Shown here piece after piece: positions 7,615 through 15,906 of a DNA stretch of 41,334 nt; position 1 is the first letter of the stretch, and every line of letters starts with the position of its first letter. The stretch covers positions 1 through 41,334 of the forward strand of contig CAYGFL010000001.1 in the NCBI GenBank assembly GCA_964349165.1, written 5' to 3'. The notes beneath the pieces were generated by a model. The model was not told the DNA's origin. It did no database searches and saw only the letters and a program-made list of their open reading frames with translations. This DNA comes from an uncultured Candidatus Saccharibacteria bacterium. Lineage in GTDB: Bacteria; Patescibacteriota; Minisyncoccia; Phycocordibacterales; PALSA-1337. The position numbers and the translations under genes are program-made.

Positions 7615-9627
7615 GTGATAACCCCACATTGGTACCAATCGGATTGTCTTAGGGCTATCCGGAGGGCGCGAGAAAAGGGCGCGAAAGAAGCCTTAATTGT
7701 CATGGCGAGCGGTCTCGGTAAAACGGTGACTGTTGCTCATGATGTTCTCGAGTTCAGGAAGAAAAATCCTAAAGCTCGAGTCCTTTTCCTTTGTGACAAG
7801 ATGGAAACTCTCCGTCAGGTCCGTACCACGTTCGAAGTTGTGAATGGTTCAGACCAGACTTACAGCTTTTATCTTGGAAAGAAAAAGGACGCCAAACTTC
7901 CGCAATTTGTTTTTGCAATGCTTCAGACAATGAGGAATAATTGCAAAAAGTTTGCGCCGAATGAGTTCGATTACGTCGCTGTAGACGAAAGTCATCATGC
8001 ATGTGCCGAGACTTATCTCGATGTGGTTCAGTATTGGAAACCGAAGTTCCTTCTTGGGATGACGGCGACCCCTGACCGCACAGATGGACAGGATATTTGC
8101 AAAGTCTTTGGGCGACCAGTGTTCTACCTGCCGATCGAGGAAGCGCTTGCTCAGGATCTGCTTACGTCGGTCGATTATCACATCCTAACCGATGAGATTA
8201 AATTACCTACATCTTCCCAACTGCATCTGGGAAGGTTAAAGCTCAGAAAGCTTAACAAACAGATCTTTATGCCCAAGAGGGATGAAGAGATCACTCGAAT
8301 CATCTCGAGGTATATTCGAGAAGTGCAAAATCCTCGCATGATAGTTTTTTGCGAGTCGGTTGAGCACTCTAACAATATGGCAAAATTTATCCCAAACGCT
8401 TTGCCATATCACTCGAAAATCTCTGCAGAGGAACGAACTGTCCGTTTGGGAATGTTCCAAAGCGGTCTAATTCCAACTCTTCTTGTTGTAGATTGCTTTA
8501 ACGAGGGAGTCGATGTTCCGCCAGCAAACGTTCTTGTTTTCTTGCGGTCAACATCTTCTCCAATCATCTTTCTTCAGCAACTTGGACGCGGTCTGCGCAT
8601 ATGTGAAGGGAAAGAGAAAGTGCTCGTACTCGACTTTGTTGCCAATTGTGAACGGATCAAAACTGTTTACGATCTCTGGCAGGAAGTTAAGGTAAAACGA
8701 GAGCGATTTCTTACTCGTAAACCCAGAGCCGTTCGTCATCAAGGTGTTCGGTATCCAGGGAAACCTCGCGAGCCATTCGTTGTGGATGGCGGTCAGGCCA
8801 ATTTTCATGAGAAAGTCGTCAGACTCATGGATATTGTCCGTCGGATTACTGATGGCTATAGCAAGGAAGAGGCGCTCCAATCTCTCATGGATTTCGCAAG
8901 CAAACTCGGCAGGTCACCGACTCAGCTTGAGGTGCATCACAACAGTGATATGCCAAGCCTTAGTTTCTATAAAAAGAACTTCGGTACATTCAGCGAGACA
9001 CTTGTGGCGGCAGGGCTTATACCTAATCGCTTCGATGAAGTTTCCAAAGACGAACTCCTTGATCAGCTCAGGAAACTCACCGACGAGTTACAGCACGCCC
9101 CTTCGCAAGACGAGGTTGCTGCAGCTTCGACTGCTGGGAAGTGTTCTTCAGAACCAGTTTTTAGAAAGCATTTCGAGTCATTGAATAATGCTATCGAAAA
9201 AATTGGCCATATTCCAGACCGACGTGTCGGAATGAGTAAAGAGGAACTTTGCGAACAGTTACGCAAACTGCATAAAAAATTGGGTCGTATCCCTGGCGTC
9301 GAAGATTTGAAAGAATCTTCGGCAGCAAGGGAAACAGCCAGTTATACTGCTTTTCGTGTCCGATTCAAATCTTGGCAGCGTGCCTTAAAAGCCGCTGGTC
9401 TGATTGATAAGGCAGTGGAAACCAAGAACTATTCAGACACCGATCTGATCCAATCCCTACAGAAGGCAAAAAAACTGCTGGGTAAAACGCCGACTACTGT
9501 AGATATTGAAAAACTACGGAAGGCAGGCAAAATTTGCAGCGCAAGTGTAATCGTCTATTACCATCATTTCGACGGAGGTTGGGCCAATGTGCTCAAAGCC
9601 GCCGGAATTGAGGAAGACATTCACTAA
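7615..9627 (+). CDS. SF2 helicase paralog (ResIII/DEAD-like core) with four C-terminal homing-endonuclease-associated (HEAR-like) helical repeats
   Basis: 670 aa, GTG start. ASGLGKT (31-37), VAVDESH (121-127), LGMTATPDR, VVDCFNEGVDVP (291-302), QQLGRGLR, all colinear with helicase 1. C-terminal aa 415-664 hold 4 helical units. Confidence 0.85.
   Translation: MITPHWYQSDCLRAIRRAREKGAKEALIVMASGLGKTVTVAHDVLEFRKKNPKARVLFLCDKMETLRQVRTTFEVVNGSDQTYSFYLGKKKDAKLPQFVFAMLQTMRNNCKKFAPNEFDYVAVDESHHACAETYLDVVQYWKPKFLLGMTATPDRTDGQDICKVFGRPVFYLPIEEALAQDLLTSVDYHILTDEIKLPTSSQLHLGRLKLRKLNKQIFMPKRDEEITRIISRYIREVQNPRMIVFCESVEHSNNMAKFIPNALPYHSKISAEERTVRLGMFQSGLIPTLLVVDCFNEGVDVPPANVLVFLRSTSSPIIFLQQLGRGLRICEGKEKVLVLDFVANCERIKTVYDLWQEVKVKRERFLTRKPRAVRHQGVRYPGKPREPFVVDGGQANFHEKVVRLMDIVRRITDGYSKEEALQSLMDFASKLGRSPTQLEVHHNSDMPSLSFYKKNFGTFSETLVAAGLIPNRFDEVSKDELLDQLRKLTDELQHAPSQDEVAAASTAGKCSSEPVFRKHFESLNNAIEKIGHIPDRRVGMSKEELCEQLRKLHKKLGRIPGVEDLKESSAARETASYTAFRVRFKSWQRALKAAGLIDKAVETKNYSDTDLIQSLQKAKKLLGKTPTTVDIEKLRKAGKICSASVIVYYHHFDGGWANVLKAAGIEEDIH
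8857..9606 (+). repeat. Protein-level array of 4 HEAR-like (PF18780-like) repeats in helicase 2
   Basis: The four units are: SKEEALQSLMDFASKLGRSPT...FYKKNFGTFSETLVAAGL; SKDELLDQLRKLTDELQHAPS...FRKHFESLNNAIEKIGH; SKEELCEQLRKLHKKLGRIPG...FRVRFKSWQRALKAAGL; SDTDLIQSLQKAKKLLGKTPT...YYHHFDGGWANVLKAAGI. Confidence 0.65.
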
Positions 9628-9642
9628 CTGATCAAACTTCAC

Positions 9643-9676
9643 AGCCGATCTCATAAGGGTCGGCTTTTTCTTTTTA
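9643..9676. terminator. Intrinsic terminator after helicase 2 (may also serve the convergent methyltransferase gene)
   Basis: agccga-[11 nt]-tcggct followed by TTTTTCTTTTT. Confidence 0.55.
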
Positions 9677-9680
9677 GTAA

Positions 9681-10433
9681 CTATTTTTTACAGACAAAAA
9701 TAAAAGAGGCGGGCATTTTCTCAGCCTTTTCGATCGAATAATATTTTCCTGGGTCTTTAAAACCATGATTAAGGTTATTTGGTTTAGGTTCATGGTAACC
9801 AATAACCTCAAATCCAGCGTTTCGTAAAAGAGTAAACCATGTCGAAGTTTTTCTATATGCAATATATACTTGCGTCCCATCTTTTTTCCAATTCCTGATA
9901 AGTCTAGGTTTCTCATCATGGTATGAGTGTGAAATGACATACTTATCATTTTCATATCGTATATTGCTGAAGATACCATGATCCCAACTCCAGATGAATA
10001 ATCCCCCCGGCTTGAGATAAGAGTAAATATTTTTAAGTGTAGCCTCTGGATCATATGTCCAGCCGATTCCATAAATGGAAAATACAATATCAACAAATTC
10101 AATATCTAATTTTAACTCCATTTTTCCATTAATAAGTTTAACCTTACCACTTTCAATTAAATCCGTATTGAATCTGCTGGCTTCTGCAATTTGGACTTTG
10201 GACATATCAAGACCATACACCTTTTTTGCCCCGTGATTGATTAGGTATTTTATTGATCTTCCGCTCCCGCAACCTATTTCAAGTAATACCTTACCCTCTA
10301 TATTAGAGAGTAAATTAAGATCATTTCCTATACCAAAAGGTCCCCATGTGGGCAATGAACACGCTTCTACAAATTGATCGGCGACCATATCCCAAGTCCT
10401 CTCATTTTCTCTAATAATATTATCTACAGACAT
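9681..10433 (-). CDS. Class I SAM-dependent methyltransferase
   Basis: Motif I VLLEIGCGSGRS, then VYGLDMS, post-I/II motifs. The ATG at 10433 was chosen because the upstream part of the ORF overlaps tRNA-Lys. The gene is very AT-rich. Confidence 0.75.
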   Translation of the reverse strand: MSVDNIIRENERTWDMVADQFVEACSLPTWGPFGIGNDLNLLSNIEGKVLLEIGCGSGRSIKYLINHGAKKVYGLDMSKVQIAEASRFNTDLIESGKVKLINGKMELKLDIEFVDIVFSIYGIGWTYDPEATLKNIYSYLKPGGLFIWSWDHGIFSNIRYENDKYVISHSYHDEKPRLIRNWKKDGTQVYIAYRKTSTWFTLLRNAGFEVIGYHEPKPNNLNHGFKDPGKYYSIEKAEKMPASFIFVCKK

Positions 10434-10436
10434 TTG

Positions 10437-10509
10437 TGCGCCTAGTTGGAATCGAACCAACGACCCACTCCTTAAAAGGGAGATGCTCTACCAACTGAGC
10501 TATAGGCGC
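10437..10509 (-). tRNA. tRNA-Lys (anticodon UUU)
   Basis: GCGCCTATAGCTCAGTTGGTAGAGCATCTCCCTTTTAAGGAGTGGGTCGTTGGTTCGATTCCAACTAGGCGCA. Full cloverleaf, anticodon loop CTTTTAA, T-loop TTCGATT. Confidence 0.9.
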
Positions 10510-10559
10510 ATAAGGGGGACACTGCGCAAGACTATACCATAGTCTTGCAAAACTTCAAT

Positions 10560-10919
10560 TTATAACGGCATGTCAAAAGCCAGAATACCAGGACCGAGGA
10601 CAAGAAGGGAAAGGGAAATGATGAAGAGAATGAAGTAGTAGTTCACACCGTCTGTGAAGAAAGATTTCATCTGAACCTTCCTCAATAATTTACAGAAAAA
10701 AACCACAACAGCAAAGAGCGCTGCAATCTGTGTATATAGACCGATGACAAGGAGGATACCAGCTACACCATCTAGAATACCCATAACAGTCATTCTGGCA
10801 TGTGACCTGCTCCTCAATTTATCATATGACCAGAAGATGAGAATGGCTCCGAGAGTGACACGTAGTATGAATGGCGCTATTTGTTCGTAAGTTAATAATG
10901 AAGGAAAAAGTGAAAGCAT
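10560..10919 (-). CDS. DoxX-family small membrane protein
   Basis: 119 aa from MLSLFPSLLTYEQIAPFILRVTLGAILIFWSYDKL. Four hydrophobic segments. The upstream 72 codons of the ORF overlap the divergent trmH-like gene and are discounted. Confidence 0.5.
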   Translation of the reverse strand: MLSLFPSLLTYEQIAPFILRVTLGAILIFWSYDKLRSRSHARMTVMGILDGVAGILLVIGLYTQIAALFAVVVFFCKLLRKVQMKSFFTDGVNYYFILFIISLSLLVLGPGILAFDMPL

Positions 10920-10954
10920 GTTGATGTTTAATTTAACTGATATATAGTGTCTGT

Positions 10955-11440
10955 ATGATATCACAAACCAAAGAGATCTGTCTCGCACTACACAATATCC
11001 GTAGTGTATACAATGTAGGCGCCATATTCCGCACGGCGGATGCCGTCGGAGTATCGAAAATATATCTCTGTGGCTACACTGGAGCGCCTGTAGATAGGTT
11101 CGGTAGAGCGAGGAAGGATATAGCAAAAGTGGCACTAGGAGCAGAGAAGACTGTGAAATGGGAGTCTGTGAAAGACATAGAAGAACTAATTTTAAAACTT
11201 AAAAAAGAAAAATTTACAATTCTTGCGCTGGAACAAAGTGCAAATTCAGTAGATTATAAAAAAGTAAAACTCGGTAAAAAGAATTTATTGATAGTCGGCA
11301 ATGAAGTGGGAGGTATTGAGAAGAAAATTTTAAATATGTGCGATTCTATTTTAGAAATACCGATGAAAGGGGAGAAGGAGTCGCTGAACGTCTCTGTCGC
11401 CACAGGGGTTGCATTATTTGGGATTGGTGGTAATCTTTAG
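10955..11440 (+). CDS. SpoU/TrmH-family RNA 2'-O-methyltransferase
   Basis: LHNIRSVYNVGAIFRTADAVG...LLIVGNEVGGIEKKIL...ILEIPMKGEKESLNVSVATGVALF (SPOUT knot motifs). Confidence 0.85.
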   Translation: MISQTKEICLALHNIRSVYNVGAIFRTADAVGVSKIYLCGYTGAPVDRFGRARKDIAKVALGAEKTVKWESVKDIEELILKLKKEKFTILALEQSANSVDYKKVKLGKKNLLIVGNEVGGIEKKILNMCDSILEIPMKGEKESLNVSVATGVALFGIGGNL

Positions 11441-11519
11441 CAGGTTCGTGATTCGGGTTTTGCAAGAGCAGGGCGGCAGGTGATTACATACTCGTGTGAG
11501 TGTGTCCTGCCGTCCTTTT

Positions 11520-12392
11520 TTATTTATCTAATTTTTGATGTACAGGACAATAGTGAGTCCCTCTGCCCGCTACAACAATACGCGCGATATATCCTTTGCA
11601 CCCAGATTTTCGACACTTCTCGCCTCTCCTCTGATATGCCTGATGTTGCTCTTGGAACTTTCCTCTTTTGCCATGAATGTTTCTGTAGTCTGACATAGAA
11701 TCTCCACCAAAATCTATACCTTTTTTCAAAACTGTTTTTATATCTACAAAAAGTTGTTTTAATTTGGCTTCTGGTATTTTATTAACAATCATCTCTGGAT
11801 GTATACCTGCACGCCAGAGACTCTCGTCTGCATAAATATTACCAATACCAGCGATAATAGCTTGATCTGTGAGAGTGGGTTTTATCTTTTTATCTTTTTT
11901 AATAAAAATTCTTTCTTGGAACTTGTCGAAAGTAAATTTCTTCTCTAGAGGTTCTGGTCCGATATCCTTGAGATGTGTAGATACATGAAGGGAATCGGTC
12001 GGGATAAGAGTTACTTTTGCAAACTTTCGAGCGTCGCATAACTCTATATTTTTACCATTTGAGAGATGCAAAATGAGATGTATAAAGCGATTGTACGGAT
12101 CACTTTTATCATAATCTCCATATAGAATATGACCAGTCATCTTCATGTGTATCAGTATTGTGAGGTTATCCGATAGATGGATAAGAACATTTTTAGCCCT
12201 ACGACTAACATGGGTGATTATTTTACCTTTTACTATTTTTTTAAAATAGAGAAAATATTTGGGATCTTTGATATTATCAGAACCTTTGTAATATGGACTT
12301 TTGTAATCTGTCCATACATCTATAACTTTTAGATTTCTTGCGACACCGTCCAATCCACTAGCTGTGGTTTGGACTTCTGGCAATTCTGGCAT
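11520..12392 (-). CDS. mutM: Formamidopyrimidine-DNA glycosylase (Fpg/MutM)
   Basis: N-terminal MPELPEV catalytic motif, H2TH region, C-terminal zinc finger CRKSGCKG...THYCPVHQ. Confidence 0.9.
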   Translation of the reverse strand: MPELPEVQTTASGLDGVARNLKVIDVWTDYKSPYYKGSDNIKDPKYFLYFKKIVKGKIITHVSRRAKNVLIHLSDNLTILIHMKMTGHILYGDYDKSDPYNRFIHLILHLSNGKNIELCDARKFAKVTLIPTDSLHVSTHLKDIGPEPLEKKFTFDKFQERIFIKKDKKIKPTLTDQAIIAGIGNIYADESLWRAGIHPEMIVNKIPEAKLKQLFVDIKTVLKKGIDFGGDSMSDYRNIHGKRGKFQEQHQAYQRRGEKCRKSGCKGYIARIVVAGRGTHYCPVHQKLDK

Positions 12393-12420
12393 ACAATTCT
12401 TATATCACACTTTCTTTCTA

Positions 12421-13701
12421 ATGAAAAATATATTAATAGCAATTTTTGTCACAGCAGTCCTTTGCACATTCTGGTTCGCAGGAAGTTATCCCAAAGCCTT
12501 TTACTATATCGACCTTGCTTACCAAAACGTAGGAGCCATCGTCGACGACACTCTCGTATATCTACAAGGCACCATAGCTGCTGTACTACTACACAAGCCT
12601 GTGACTGTCGCAGAACTACAGACGAAATACAATGCGCCCACACAGAAGAAAGTTCGAGTTCTCATAATCCCAGGACATGAGCCGAACTATGGTGGCACGG
12701 CTTTCAATGGACTCAACGAAAGGGAAATGAATGTAGAGCTCGCGAATAACCTGGCGGAATTTCTGAAGAATAATGGACACTATGACGTCATGCTCGCTCG
12801 CGATAATAACAATTGGAATCCGGTATTGTCCGAATATTTTAGAGTCCAGTGGGATGAGATAGTAGCCTTTTTCAAAGATAATAAAGAAGAGACTTTGCAC
12901 CTTGTGAATACGGGAAAAGTTACTGCGCCTGTTGCAAAAGTTTTCCATAACAAAGCTCGTAGTGATGTGGCGCTACGTCTGTACGGAATAAATAAATGGG
13001 AAAATGAAAATGCAGTCGACATCGCTATACATGTCCATTTCAATGATTACCCTAGAAAAAATGCCTCTGAACCCGGCAAACATTCTGGCTTCTCTATGTA
13101 TGTGCCAGAGAAGCAATACGCAAACAGTGTGACGACGAAAGCTATCGCCGAAAAAGTCTTCGTAAGATTGTCGAAATATAATGCTGTCAGTGACTTGCCA
13201 CAGGAGGATGCGGGAATAATAGAGGAGCCGGATCTCATCGCTATCGGTGCCTTCAACACGACGAACTCTGCTAGTATGCTCATAGAATATGGATATATTT
13301 ATGAACCACAATTTCACAACGAGGAAGTTCGACATAGTACGTTGCGAGACTTGGCTTTCCAGACATATCTAGGACTTCAAGATTTCTTCGGCAGTGGCAA
13401 CGATGTCTCTTTCGCCTACGATACTCTCATGCTCCCACATCTCTGGACAGGTGAGCTTTCTACAAAAAAGGCGGATGCTCGTGACGTACTAGCTCTGCAA
13501 TCGGCACTGCTACTCGATGGGCTTTATCCTGGAAATGGTAAGACAAAAAATGAATGTCCACGAACAGGCAGAATAGGTCCATGTACACTCGGAGCTATAG
13601 GGGCGTTTCAAAATAAATATGGAATAAAAGGTGAAGAGGGAATCGTGGGTGAAAAAACTAGAAAGATTCTCAATGAGAAGTATTCTGTGAAGACGATCTG
13701 A
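12421..13701 (+). CDS. N-acetylmuramoyl-L-alanine amidase (Amidase_3-like) with C-terminal PG_binding_1 domain
   Basis: N-terminal TM MKNILIAIFVTAVL. VLIIPGHEPNYGG...ELANNL...DIAIHVHFN. C-terminal VLALQSALLLDGLYPG...GAIGAFQNKYGIKGEEGIVGEKT. Confidence 0.65.
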   Translation: MKNILIAIFVTAVLCTFWFAGSYPKAFYYIDLAYQNVGAIVDDTLVYLQGTIAAVLLHKPVTVAELQTKYNAPTQKKVRVLIIPGHEPNYGGTAFNGLNEREMNVELANNLAEFLKNNGHYDVMLARDNNNWNPVLSEYFRVQWDEIVAFFKDNKEETLHLVNTGKVTAPVAKVFHNKARSDVALRLYGINKWENENAVDIAIHVHFNDYPRKNASEPGKHSGFSMYVPEKQYANSVTTKAIAEKVFVRLSKYNAVSDLPQEDAGIIEEPDLIAIGAFNTTNSASMLIEYGYIYEPQFHNEEVRHSTLRDLAFQTYLGLQDFFGSGNDVSFAYDTLMLPHLWTGELSTKKADARDVLALQSALLLDGLYPGNGKTKNECPRTGRIGPCTLGAIGAFQNKYGIKGEEGIVGEKTRKILNEKYSVKTI

Positions 13702-14866
13702 TTTTCTCTAGCTCCTCTCTCGCTATACGTGCATCATCCCAAGGTGTCTTCGTTCCTCGTGGTCCCATGATGTAGGGGTCTGTACCTTTGCCTGTGATGA
13801 GGACAACATCACCTTTCTGTGCTTTAGACATAGCTTCTCGGATGGCTTCTCGACGATCCATTATTATCTTTGGAGTTTTATTGACGATACCTTCTCTCAC
13901 ATCCGCAACTATTTTATCTGGATTTTCATCATAGGGATCTTCATCTGAGAGGATTATCTCATCACAATATGTATCGGCGATCTTTCCCATTTCTTTTCTT
14001 TTCCATGTGTCGCGTCCACCACCAGTTCCACCTAACACACAGATTTTTTTAGATTTTTTAAAAACTTTGTAAAGCTTTTCTAGAGAGTCTGTAGTGTGAG
14101 CGTAATCTACGACCACATCGAAATCCTGACCACATTTTACAAACTGCACTCTTCCTCTAATTTCTTTTAAATTAAGCACTGCCCGATTGATGATGTTATC
14201 GTCAATACCCAAGGTTCTAGCCAGAGTTACAGCTCCCAATACGTTGTATTTATTGAACTCTCCCAATAGGGAAGTCTCGGGTACAGTATCGCCCATACCG
14301 AATGTTTGCTGTACATCTACAGGGATAGCAAGAAATCTTTTACTCTCTGCATCATCTCTGTTCACCACTATTATCCTCGGCTTCTTTTTCGATATTGAAA
14401 GTTGTCTCGCGATATCTACCTTAGCTTCAATATAATTTTCATATGAGCCATGAGACTCTATATGTTCTGGAGAAAGATTTGTAAATATGAGAGCGTCCAA
14501 GTCTATGAATTTATGACGATATTGCGCTGAGCCTTGTGATGTCATCTCCATTATTACAAAATCACATTTTGCATTCACCGCTTTCCATAAAAATCTTTGG
14601 ATAAAAAAACGACCAGGCATAGACATCTTGTAGAGATTGTCTCTGGACTCATCACCAATTTTGAAACGGATGGTATTCGAAACAGCAGTTTTGTAACCAG
14701 CTTTTTCTAGTATTGAGTTTAATATTTCTGTTGTAGAACTTTTTCCTTTTGTCCCTGTCACTGCGATAACTTTTATCTTTCGTGAAGGGAAGCGGTAAAA
14801 TATTGTAGAGCCCATAGCCCAGAGGTAATGATATGTTTTGTAGAGTTTTTCCATTTTATTTTCCAA
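13670..14866 (-). CDS. murE: Mur ligase family protein, MurE-like (UDP-MurNAc-dipeptide/tripeptide ligase), no N-terminal domain
   Basis: VTGTKGKSST, MEMTSQG, FTNLSPEHIESHG, DYAHTTDSLEKL, GGTGGGRDTWKR, SDEDPYDENP. The start could be 14866 or 14854. Confidence 0.75.
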   Translation of the reverse strand: MENKMEKLYKTYHYLWAMGSTIFYRFPSRKIKVIAVTGTKGKSSTTEILNSILEKAGYKTAVSNTIRFKIGDESRDNLYKMSMPGRFFIQRFLWKAVNAKCDFVIMEMTSQGSAQYRHKFIDLDALIFTNLSPEHIESHGSYENYIEAKVDIARQLSISKKKPRIIVVNRDDAESKRFLAIPVDVQQTFGMGDTVPETSLLGEFNKYNVLGAVTLARTLGIDDNIINRAVLNLKEIRGRVQFVKCGQDFDVVVDYAHTTDSLEKLYKVFKKSKKICVLGGTGGGRDTWKRKEMGKIADTYCDEIILSDEDPYDENPDKIVADVREGIVNKTPKIIMDRREAIREAMSKAQKGDVVLITGKGTDPYIMGPRGTKTPWDDARIAREELEKIRSSSQNTSH

Positions 14867-15431
14867 GTATTTTTAGTGCCTCTTTTATTTTGTCATTTGT
14901 CTTCGTGAGAGTTTTCGGAATTTTTTTCAGAACATCTCGTGCTTCTGTCGGACTGTATCCCAGAGACTTCAGAGCTTCGAGTACATCTGCATCATTTTTC
15001 ATAGTCTGCTCTTGTTCTGGAGAGTGAGTCGTAGAGATCACCTTATCTTTCAACTCCATAACTATTTTTTCTGCGACTTTCTTCCCAATACCTGAAACTT
15101 TCGTCAGGTGAGCAGTCTCTCCAGTCTGGATGGCTGTTTCTAGAGAATGAACAGAGGCGACATTCAATATTCCCATAGCTGTCTTCGGACCGATGCCAGA
15201 TATCGTGATGAGTAATTCGAAAAAGTTTAGTTCTGCAAGAGAAATGAATCCATAAAGATCCAGAGCATTCTCTCGTACTGCAAGATACGTCCAGAGAGTG
15301 ACCGGCCCCTTTTTATCCAGTTTGACGAATATGTCTGGAGAGACGAAAACCTTGTAGCCGACACCCTGCACATCGAGAACGATGAACTTGGAGTCAGTAT
15401 GGGCTATAGAACCTGTAAGTCTGGATATCAT
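14856..15431 (-). CDS. ruvA: Holliday junction branch migration complex subunit RuvA
   Basis: MISRLTGSIAH...VLDVQGVGYKVFVS, HhH motifs ISGIGPKTAMGIL and VSGIGKKVAEKIV, C-terminal domain III. Confidence 0.9.
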   Translation of the reverse strand: MISRLTGSIAHTDSKFIVLDVQGVGYKVFVSPDIFVKLDKKGPVTLWTYLAVRENALDLYGFISLAELNFFELLITISGIGPKTAMGILNVASVHSLETAIQTGETAHLTKVSGIGKKVAEKIVMELKDKVISTTHSPEQEQTMKNDADVLEALKSLGYSPTEARDVLKKIPKTLTKTNDKIKEALKILGK

Positions 15432-15495
15432 AGGCTAATCATATACGAAACCTTGTGTTTTTTAAAGGCATGTGTTAATTTACACCTACACACAT

Positions 15496-15765
15496 ATGCC
15501 GATAACATCATCTGCAAAGAAAGCTCTCCGAGCAGGAGAAAGAAAGAGAGTACACAATCTCCGCACAAAGTCGGCTATCGATATTCCTATTAAGGCTTTC
15601 AAAAAGCTCGTTTCAGACAAAAAAATAGCGGAGGCAAAGGCCTTGGTCTCATCTATTTACAAGGCTCTCGATAAGGGTGCAAAAAGAAAATATATAAAGG
15701 CAAATACAGCATCTCGCTACAAGTCTCGCATAATGGCAGCGTTGAAGAGGGTGGAGGGAAAGTAA
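15496..15765 (+). CDS. rpsT: 30S ribosomal protein S20
   Basis: MPITSSAKKALRAGERKRVHNLRTKS... basic 89-aa protein. The ATG at 15496 lies within the longer ORF. Confidence 0.85.
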   Translation: MPITSSAKKALRAGERKRVHNLRTKSAIDIPIKAFKKLVSDKKIAEAKALVSSIYKALDKGAKRKYIKANTASRYKSRIMAALKRVEGK

Positions 15766-15790
15766 AAAAACCGGGATGACCGGTTTTTTT
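15764..15790. terminator. Intrinsic terminator after rpsT
   Basis: aaaaaaaccgg-gatga-ccggttttttt. Confidence 0.6.
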
Positions 15791-15799
15791 CTTAATCTG

Positions 15800-15871
15800 T
15801 GCTCCTGGTAGGAATCGAACCTACATTTCTCCCTTCGCAGGGGAGTGTCCTATCCATTGAACGACAAGAGC
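15800..15871 (-). tRNA. tRNA-Arg (anticodon GCG)
   Basis: GCTCTTGTCGTTCAATGGATAGGACACTCCCCTGCGAAGGGAGAAATGTAGGTTCGATTCCTACCAGGAGCA. Anticodon stem CTCCC/GGGAG, loop CTGCGAA. Confidence 0.9.
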
Positions 15872-15906
15872 GTCTGTATGCCTTCGTACATTAGCATGAC
15901 GTGAGA

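Noticed and set aside
13670-13701. 32-nt convergent 3' overlap of the amidase and MurE-like genes, considered as a regulatory antisense feature.
   Set aside because: Both C-terminal tails are poorly conserved extensions. Short convergent overlaps are common in compact genomes, and there is no structure or motif to support a specific function.
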